From IMG/VR virus record IMGVR_UViG_3300029947_000227: 64,000 bases of DNA, one strand, 5' to 3'. Source of the DNA: an uncultured virus (IMG/VR IMGVR_UViG_3300029947_000227) (lineage: Duplodnaviria > Heunggongvirae > Uroviricota > Caudoviricetes). Below, in pieces: positions 57,043-64,000 of the stretch. Within the stretch, counting starts at the first letter, position 1. Every line of letters starts with the position of its first letter. The translations under genes were made by a program, and so were the position numbers. The notes below the pieces were generated by a model. The model saw only the letters and a program-made list of their open reading frames with translations, searched no databases and was not told the origin of the DNA.

Positions 57043-58569
57043 CTACATGTCGGCCGGCGCGCCGGACGTTGAGCCTGCCCGGCGCGGCGTCGCACCGGTC
57101 CGCGATGGCATCCACTGCGAACCCATGCCAGTCGCGGGGATGTTCGGCAATGCCGGAAGCAGGTGAGGTGAGGCGGTCGTGCTGTCGGAAGTCCACGACG
57201 GCATCGTGCGTCCTATGTTCGACGAGGCCCGGCGGGACGCCCTGCCGGCCTCCTTCTGCGGCTTCGTCTCCTCGGGCCGCTCCAGCAGTCCGATCAGCCC
57301 GATCAGGGGCAGCGTGTACCGCGCCTGCCAGCCGCCCACCAGCGTCGAGGACGCGTCCAACGCGTCCGGCCTGGTCCAGGTCAGCATGAGCGAGGCGAAC
57401 GTGACGGCCAGCGCGCCGAACGCCGCCAGCAGCCACACGACGGTCAGCCGACGGTCCGGCGCGCCGCGGCGCAGATACCATGCGGCGAGCGCGGCGCACA
57501 CCGTCAACGTCACCGCATCCAGACCGAACCCGCGCCCAACCCACGCCACGACGTTCTCCACGATGATGCGCACATCGTCCAGAGGATGCGCCTTGATCCA
57601 CGCGCCCGTCAACGCCTGGTCGACCCCGGCCGCACCCATGCCGTTCGCGCGGGTCGACTGGAACCACAGGAAGACGATCGCCGTCGGCAGTGTCGAGGCC
57701 GCCAGGGCGACCCTCTTGCGCCAGCCGGCCTCCGGCGCGAACACCGCGACCAGAGCCAACGGCGTGTAGGCGGTTTTCGCCAGGACCAGCAGCGCCGCCA
57801 CCGGCATCAGGCAGCCGAACCACGGCCAGTTCGGCCGCGCCCACGCCCGCCCCGTCAGAGCCACCGCCAGCGTCGCCAGGGCGATCACCGTGGCGTCGCC
57901 CGACAATGAGGACGCCAGAAACACGGCCACCGGGTTCGCCAGGGCGAACAGCAGGGCCGCGCGCCCCCGATCGGCCGCCGCCAACGCCACCAGTCCCAAC
58001 GCCAGAAACACGGTCAGATTCACGAGCCTGCCCCATTGCAGGCATGTCCACACGTCCTTGTCCCGGCCCATCGCCAAAGCGACGCCAAACGCCTGCGGGG
58101 CGAACTGGGGGATCGCCGGATACTGGTTGTTGCGCCCGTTGCCCGTCACCAGGTCGTCATGCCAGGTTCCGCCCGACAATGCCGTCCGCTGGCTGTCGCG
58201 TTCCCCGTCCGAATAGGCGCTTGGCAGCGAGTCGGGGGAGGCGATCGCCAGCAGGATCGTGTCGGTGGTTTTCTGCACGCCGTGGCTGTTCGCCTCGTCC
58301 GCGAGGGCGCGGGGCAGTTGGATGTCCCTGATCTTGCGGTCCGAGCCGAGCTGATATTCGCTGCGGATCGGGTTGTTCAGCTGTCGGCTCGCCAACGCCC
58401 ACGTCTGGTCGGCGTACATCCACGGGTCGGGTGCGGTGAGTGGGCCGAACACATGGGCGAACGACCATCCCTGGGTCAGTACGAGGGCGATCAGAAGCAC
58501 AAGATACGGGATGGCGGGGGACAGTCCGGCCGGTAGACGCCGGACGGGCTTGTGATGGTTGACGGTCAT
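57043..58569 (-). CDS. polytopic membrane protein, DUF2142/GT-C glycosyltransferase-like
   Basis: PLTAPD, GRLVN, SSLSGD, K..Y, G.QARY.LP; last ~60 aa look like an extension. Confidence 0.7.
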   Translation of the reverse strand: MTVNHHKPVRRLPAGLSPAIPYLVLLIALVLTQGWSFAHVFGPLTAPDPWMYADQTWALASRQLNNPIRSEYQLGSDRKIRDIQLPRALADEANSHGVQKTTDTILLAIASPDSLPSAYSDGERDSQRTALSGGTWHDDLVTGNGRNNQYPAIPQFAPQAFGVALAMGRDKDVWTCLQWGRLVNLTVFLALGLVALAAADRGRAALLFALANPVAVFLASSLSGDATVIALATLAVALTGRAWARPNWPWFGCLMPVAALLVLAKTAYTPLALVAVFAPEAGWRKRVALAASTLPTAIVFLWFQSTRANGMGAAGVDQALTGAWIKAHPLDDVRIIVENVVAWVGRGFGLDAVTLTVCAALAAWYLRRGAPDRRLTVVWLLAAFGALAVTFASLMLTWTRPDALDASSTLVGGWQARYTLPLIGLIGLLERPEETKPQKEAGRASRRASSNIGRTMPSWTSDSTTASPHLLPALPNIPATGMGSQWMPSRTGATPRRAGSTSGAPADM

Positions 58570-58601
58570 GACCTTGGGTCATGCGTCACCGCTGGAGGTG
58601 G

Positions 58602-58730
58602 CTACCTGCCGGTGAACAGGCTCGCCGCCAAGCCCACGATGAACGCGGCGGCGCGCACAACGGCCACGAGGACAAGCCTCAACAGGCCGAACGCGGCCAA
58701 GCCCAATAGAAATGCGATGAGAGTGAACAT
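58602..58730 (-). CDS. 42-aa hydrophobic peptide
   Basis: MFTLIAFLLGLAAF...; SD AAGGAG; motif at 58758-58766. Confidence 0.6.
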   Translation of the reverse strand: MFTLIAFLLGLAAFGLLRLVLVAVVRAAAFIVGLAASLFTGR

Positions 58731-58915
58731 GGCTTGCAGTCTCCTTCCGTGCGTCTTCATGCGTCCGACGGCAGAAGAGTGGGAGGGGGTGTTCCAGAGC
58801 ACCCCCTCCTGTCTGCTTGACTGGGGAGAAAATGCCCGGCCGGGACGGGTCGGAACGGAAAACAAACACGAAAAAACATTCCGCCCCGTCCCGGCCGGAC
58901 GTTCGCTCCTATGCG

Positions 58916-59569
58916 TCAAGCGCGCCGGCCGGTCAGGTCGAGCCCCGTCTCCAACTCGTCCGGCGGGAAATACGAGCGTCGCGCCCGTCTCAACGCCCAC
59001 GTTTCGAACCGGGAGGGGATGCGGTCGCTTTTGCGGTTGTTGCACCGGGAGCACAAACCGACCTCATTGCCCCGCACCGTCGCCCCGCCTTTCGCATGCG
59101 GATACCAGTGGTCGCGCTGCAAATCATGGGCGATGGACCGCGTGCAACGTAGCAGGCCGAAGCAGTACCGGTGTTCGCACCGGTTGTTCGCACACCGGCG
59201 GATCCATGCGAAATCCGCGTCCCCGAACAGGCGTTTCGGATCCCGCCCGTCCGGCCAGTCGTTGCCCGGGTCGGGCATGGGCCACGTGTACAAAACCCTC
59301 AGGACGGCGAGCATGGCGACCGCTCCCATGATCCACCACACCAGGGTCCACGGTACTTGATCCCACGCCGGGGTTTGCGTGGAACCCGTTTCGAACGTGT
59401 CGTTGGACGCGAGTTCGGGACTGTCGCGCATCAGGTTGACGTGCTCGCGTCCCAAGATCATGCCCGCGATTCCACCCACGCCGGCGACCAGTCCGACGGT
59501 CGCCCTGATGGCCCACAGGGAGTACTGCCATTGCCGCCACGCATGCCACGCCTTCCAGAACAGTTTCAT
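58916..59569 (-). CDS. membrane-anchored HNH endonuclease
   Basis: 2 TM; RCEH...C, DHWYPHAKGGAT, LCSRCNNRKSD. Confidence 0.85.
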   Translation of the reverse strand: MKLFWKAWHAWRQWQYSLWAIRATVGLVAGVGGIAGMILGREHVNLMRDSPELASNDTFETGSTQTPAWDQVPWTLVWWIMGAVAMLAVLRVLYTWPMPDPGNDWPDGRDPKRLFGDADFAWIRRCANNRCEHRYCFGLLRCTRSIAHDLQRDHWYPHAKGGATVRGNEVGLCSRCNNRKSDRIPSRFETWALRRARRSYFPPDELETGLDLTGRRA

Positions 59570-59688
59570 GCGAACGCTCTGACGATCATGATGATCAGGC
59601 CGACGACCAGGAGGATCATGCCCGCGAGGGCGACCATGCGCCCCCAACCGTCGGAATCGTTCAGGAAATCCTTTTTCGGGTCGTTCAC
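59566..59688 (-). CDS. small single-TM protein
   Basis: GTGA and ATGA overlaps at both ends. Confidence 0.5.
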   Translation of the reverse strand: MNDPKKDFLNDSDGWGRMVALAGMILLVVGLIIMIVRAFA

Positions 59689-60458
59689 TTCCACGCCTCC
59701 CATGCTTTGAGTGTTTCGGCCTGTTCGAGCCCGTTGGCGACGAGCCGTTGGATCATGACGGTGGCGCGGTCCCGGTTCCTCTCCACCCACATGTCAACCC
59801 CGTCGGGGGTGAGACTGTCCGGGGTGAACATGTCGCCCCACGCGTCAGGGAGGGTTTGGAGGAGGGGGAGCGCGTCATCCCCCCCGCCGTCACGCGACAG
59901 GTCGATGACGGTGGCGGCGGCGAGGACGGGTGTGCCCAGCATGATCGACGTTTCCATGCCGCGCGCCCAGTCGAGCCAGAACTTGCGGTCGTATGCGCCG
60001 TCGAATGCGTGTTCCGCACGCTGTCGCACGTCGACGGCGATCCGGTCGCACATGTCGTCCGGCTCGCCGAGGTCATGCCAGTCGGACAGGGCGTCGACGC
60101 GGCCCATGTCGACGTTCATGCGGACGCCGTGCCACTCATTGTCCTCGCCGACGTCCATCAAATCCATGACGAGCATCGCGTAGCCGACACGCAGCGCGTA
60201 CGCCCCGGGGGTTTCGCCCCGCCCGTGGCGGCGGATTTCGTCGGGCAGCCAGGTTTCCGGACGGTCGAACAGCCACATTTTGCGATCATGGTCCGCCCAT
60301 CCGGCTGTTTCCGTGAGGATCGGCACGCCCAGCCATGGGGTGCGGGCGACGATGTTTGATGGCGGGTTGTCGCCTCCTATGAGGGTTGCCAGACGGTCGG
60401 CCCGTTCTTTTGCGGTGCGCGGGTCGAGGGTGACGAACGGTCCGGTCAGGTTGATCAT
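59685..60458 (-). CDS. hypothetical protein
   Basis: starts 6 nt after upstream stop. Confidence 0.7.
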   Translation of the reverse strand: MINLTGPFVTLDPRTAKERADRLATLIGGDNPPSNIVARTPWLGVPILTETAGWADHDRKMWLFDRPETWLPDEIRRHGRGETPGAYALRVGYAMLVMDLMDVGEDNEWHGVRMNVDMGRVDALSDWHDLGEPDDMCDRIAVDVRQRAEHAFDGAYDRKFWLDWARGMETSIMLGTPVLAAATVIDLSRDGGGDDALPLLQTLPDAWGDMFTPDSLTPDGVDMWVERNRDRATVMIQRLVANGLEQAETLKAWEAWK

Positions 60459-60464
60459 GTTGTC

Positions 60465-63400
60465 TCACTTCCGTTGCTTGCGGACGGTGTCTATGGTGGT
60501 TCGGGCGGCGTCCAACTGGGTTTGCCGGTTTTGCGCCTGGCGGATGGTGCGGGCCTTGCGCACCATCCGGGTTTCGCGGCGTTTCACGTCGCCTTTGGCG
60601 ATTTTGCCGGCTACGGCGACTCCCAGCGCGCCCGCCACGACGGGCGCCGCGGCCGCGCCGGCCAGTGCGACCGCTCCGACGCCTGCGACTGTGGCGAGAC
60701 GCCGGGTCGTCCGGCCGGCGAGCAGTCGTTCGCCCGTGTCGGACAGGCGGGTCGTGGCTTGTGTGATGTGCGCGGTTTTCTCGCGGGCCGTCATGTTGTC
60801 GAACTTGTTCATGGCGTTCACGGCGTGGTCCGTGATGGTGTTCGCGCGGGTTTTCGCGCGGTTGATCGCGTCCGCCACCCGTGTGCCGGTGGTGGGTATG
60901 GCGTCACCCTGCGCGTCGAACCTGACCTTGCGGGTTTGCGGTATGCCGTCCCTGACGACCTGGTTGCCCCGGGCGTCGAGTTTCGGCACGTCGCGCACCA
61001 TGGCGACGGGTTTGCCGTCCGCGCCCATCTCCATCGCGCGGCCGAACGTGTCGACGCGGATGTTGCCTTTCCCGTCGCGTGCGAACGACTCGTCCAGCTT
61101 CCGGTCTGCGTTCGCCTGGTTGACGCGGTCGAGGCGGCCGGTTTGGGTGGCGAGGGTTTGCTCCGCGTCCCGGAGGTTGTCCAAGGCGGTCGAGGCGTTC
61201 TCGCGGGCGGTGGCGTTGCGGTCGGGCGAGTTCATGGAAACCTCACCGGACTGCAGGTCGTTGAATTTGACCGGGTTGCCGTCGCTTCCGAACCATGGGG
61301 TGCCGTTCATGGCCATGGCGTTGCCATCCTGGTCGACGACGGGTTTGCCGTCCGCCCCGTACATGGGTTCGTCGGCGGTGGCCGCGTTGACCGCGCCGTG
61401 CCGTCTCGCCTCCTCCGGGTCGTCCGCGGTGGCGGGGTCGACCCATGTGGAGCCGTTGGCCGCGTAGTAGCCGCCCCGGCTGTTTTGGATGGGGTTGCCG
61501 TCCTGGTCGACGGCGCGTCCCATGTCGTCGGTGGCGACCACGCCGTTGTCGTCGTGGGCGGCCCGGTCGGCGAGCATGGCGGCGGCGTCCTTGTCCCAGG
61601 TTTCGCCGTCGGCGGTGAAATAACCGCCGTGGCCGTCGGAGACGAGCTTGCCGTCCGTGTCGATGGCGCGTCCCAGCTTGTCGGTGGCGATGCCGCCGTC
61701 CGCGCGGTGCGCGGAGAGATTGTCGAACGCGTCCTCCCACTCCTGTTTCGCCTCGTCAACCTTGCCCGCGGCCGCGTCGACCGCGTTGCGGCCCTTTCGG
61801 GCGGCTTCGTCGAGATCGCCGAACTCCCGTTCGACGGTTTCGACGTTTTGGGCGCGGGCGGCGGCGGACCCGGGTTTGGGCGTGTTTTCCGTGTCGGAAA
61901 CGGCTTGGGCGGGCCCGTTGGCACGGTCCTCGCCGTATCCGGGGGTGTGCATGCCTTCCGGCGGTTCTCCCACTGGCGGCTCCCCGGGCTTGTGCGCGCC
62001 GACGGCGGCTTGGGAGGCGCCGCCGGCGGGCCTGCCGGCACGGTCGGCCCAGAAGTCCTCCTCCTTCTTCCGGTGGGATTGGATCGCGCCGGAACGGTAG
62101 CCGCCCTGCGCGGCCCTGACCACGCCGCCCGCACCGGCCCTGCCCATGGTCGCGCCGGACGCGGCGCCCGACAGGGCGGCCATGAGACCACCGCCGGCCA
62201 TGCCTCCCGCGAACCCGGCGGCCATGCCGGCCATGGCGCCCATGGCGGACCGGCCGACAATCCGACCGCCCATGAGCTTGGACAGTCCCTGCCGGCTGAA
62301 CGGGTCGCCCACCTGGAGGACCTTGACGCACAGCCATTTCAGCATCCAAATGCTCAACAGGGGGGATATGAGGGAGATGAGTCCCACCCAGGCGGGTGAC
62401 GAACCGTCGAACAGGTCGATGAACGCGCAGGTGAGCGTCAGGATCAACGCGCCGACGAACGTGATGACAGTGTTCGCCAACGCCATGCCGCCAACGGTTT
62501 TCGCGCTTTGCGTGAGGGCCCGCCGACCCTTGTCGGGGGCGGCCGCCCAGTACAGGAGCGCGAAATACAGGCCGAACGCGGCCATGGCGCACATGAATTT
62601 CGCGATGATCCGCAGGATTGACAAACCACCCCAGATGGCGAGGTTCACGATGGACGAGGCGATGAACACGATGCTGCCGCCCACGTCGGCCATGGACGCG
62701 TTGCCGTGCAGATAGTCGACGGTTTTCGCCGCGTTCTGCGCGTTCGTGTCGCCGGTGTCGTTGAACACGCTGGACTGGGTGCCGCCCACGTCGAATTTGG
62801 CGATCGCGTAGTTGAACCCGTATTTGAGGAGCGACTTGCCGTCGTCGGCGGTTTGCAGGCCGCCGGACGGGACCGTGAGCGTCGCCTTGGCGGCCGCGTC
62901 GTCGCCCTTGCCGATGATGGAGCTGAGGATGCCGCCGGAGCCGAGCGACTTGCGCGCCGCGTCGATCTCACTGTTGCTGGCGGTGGGGGTGACGGCCACG
63001 GCGCATGACTCGTTCACGGACGTGTCGCTTCCCAACACGCCGCGATTGTCGCCCTGGATGCGGTCGATGCGATCCCACCCGGGGTTGCGGTCGGAGATCA
63101 GGAACCGGCCGTCCCCGCCGCCCTTGGACAGGGGGAGGCGGCAGGTTTCCCACAGCATGGAGATCCGGTCCTCGATGATCGACGAGGAGACGCCCGCATC
63201 GTTGCCGCCGTCGAGTTTCGCCTCGTCGTCATACTGGGCGGAGTACATGACGCCCGGGTTGAAGGCGATCGCGCCAACGTCCAGGGGGGCGGAGGTCTGG
63301 CCCTTCGTGGCGGCCGCGGTGATGTCGCGCTGCTCGCCCGGCGTGGCGCCGGCCCGGTATTCCAACACCCGGCAGAACGCGGTGTACGTGTTGTCGTTAC

Positions 63401-64000
63401 CGGTGACGCCGTACTGGGATTGGATCCACATGGTCAGGCCGGAACGCTCCCACATGCGGGAGACGACGTTCCGGTACGGGTCGTTCGCCTGGTCGGCGGC
63501 CGTGGCGGACGCCTCGGCGTGCAGTTCGGCGACGTACCGCTGGCAGGACAGCACGTTGTCCGCGTTGGCGTCCTCCACGCTCGCCGTGAACGGGTTGGCG
63601 CTGCTCGCGGTCGCGTCGACGACGCCGTTGAGCCATCCGCCGGACGCGGTGTCCATGAGACTGGTGGCCCGGTCGGCCAGCCACCAGGGGGACAGGGTCT
63701 TCGGGCTGGCGGCGTCCGCGTCCTGGGCGGCGGCGAGGGAGCCGGCGATGAACAGGCTGATGCCGAGCGTGCCGGCCACGAGCCGTTTGGTCAGTTCACG
63801 GGCGCCCGCGTTGCGGTACACGGCCCACAGGCCGGACACGAACGCGACACACATGATCAGCGCGGGCACCATCATCCCGTTGAGGAACGCGTCACCCAGG
63901 CGGCCGAGAATACGGTCGAGGTTTTTCGCGAAATTGGTGAACGCGTCGCTGTGTTCCAGGGACACCGCCGCGCCGGTCAGCTGGCTGGCGAGACTCCAGA
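60465..64000 (-). CDS. large polytopic conjugation membrane protein (VirB6/TrbL/TcpH-like), probably 5' partial
   Basis: TM clusters, Gly/Ala-rich segment, long hydrophilic tail; frame appears open toward the window edge. Confidence 0.6.
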   Translation of the reverse strand, partial: WSLASQLTGAAVSLEHSDAFTNFAKNLDRILGRLGDAFLNGMMVPALIMCVAFVSGLWAVYRNAGARELTKRLVAGTLGISLFIAGSLAAAQDADAASPKTLSPWWLADRATSLMDTASGGWLNGVVDATASSANPFTASVEDANADNVLSCQRYVAELHAEASATAADQANDPYRNVVSRMWERSGLTMWIQSQYGVTGNDNTYTAFCRVLEYRAGATPGEQRDITAAATKGQTSAPLDVGAIAFNPGVMYSAQYDDEAKLDGGNDAGVSSSIIEDRISMLWETCRLPLSKGGGDGRFLISDRNPGWDRIDRIQGDNRGVLGSDTSVNESCAVAVTPTASNSEIDAARKSLGSGGILSSIIGKGDDAAAKATLTVPSGGLQTADDGKSLLKYGFNYAIAKFDVGGTQSSVFNDTGDTNAQNAAKTVDYLHGNASMADVGGSIVFIASSIVNLAIWGGLSILRIIAKFMCAMAAFGLYFALLYWAAAPDKGRRALTQSAKTVGGMALANTVITFVGALILTLTCAFIDLFDGSSPAWVGLISLISPLLSIWMLKWLCVKVLQVGDPFSRQGLSKLMGGRIVGRSAMGAMAGMAAGFAGGMAGGGLMAALSGAASGATMGRAGAGGVVRAAQGGYRSGAIQSHRKKEEDFWADRAGRPAGGASQAAVGAHKPGEPPVGEPPEGMHTPGYGEDRANGPAQAVSDTENTPKPGSAAARAQNVETVEREFGDLDEAARKGRNAVDAAAGKVDEAKQEWEDAFDNLSAHRADGGIATDKLGRAIDTDGKLVSDGHGGYFTADGETWDKDAAAMLADRAAHDDNGVVATDDMGRAVDQDGNPIQNSRGGYYAANGSTWVDPATADDPEEARRHGAVNAATADEPMYGADGKPVVDQDGNAMAMNGTPWFGSDGNPVKFNDLQSGEVSMNSPDRNATARENASTALDNLRDAEQTLATQTGRLDRVNQANADRKLDESFARDGKGNIRVDTFGRAMEMGADGKPVAMVRDVPKLDARGNQVVRDGIPQTRKVRFDAQGDAIPTTGTRVADAINRAKTRANTITDHAVNAMNKFDNMTAREKTAHITQATTRLSDTGERLLAGRTTRRLATVAGVGAVALAGAAAAPVVAGALGVAVAGKIAKGDVKRRETRMVRKARTIRQAQNRQTQLDAARTTIDTVRKQRK

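Noticed and set aside
1..64000. Prophage, tRNA or rRNA genes
   Set aside because: No capsid, terminase, portal or tail genes, and no cloverleaf or rRNA sequence recognised

Overview
A high-GC actinobacterial mobile replicon segment with no rRNA, tRNA, housekeeping operon or CRISPR array that I can see. LA[QH]TG sortase anchors and the gene content suggest a Bifidobacterium-type conjugative megaplasmid or very large ICE (inference). It encodes replication proteins (Toprim primase-helicase, a short PHP-less DnaE-like polymerase, a beta clamp) and dispersed conjugation genes (VirB4-, VirD4- and VirB6-like proteins, SLT/CHAP hydrolases, a Replic_Relax-like protein). It also carries three large sortase-anchored surface proteins with a class E sortase, two DNA methyltransferases, several nucleases, ParA/MinD-, DivIVA- and mIHF-like proteins, and IS remnants. 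Two things stand out. (1) Almost every transcription unit is preceded by a motif (GA)CGCAT(A/G). In 13 cases it lies exactly 11 nt before a start codon with no Shine-Dalgarno, which is extended -10 geometry for leaderless mRNA. A divergent pair of paralogous sigma-70-like genes that seem to lack region 4 is also present, together suggesting a private plasmid sigma/promoter system. (2) Two families of long non-coding repeats alternate A-B-A-B-A along the window, and strand composition (C/A-rich vs G/T-rich) appears to flip at them regardless of gene direction. This suggests several replication origins and termini in one replicon. All family calls come from motif recognition by eye; no searches were run.
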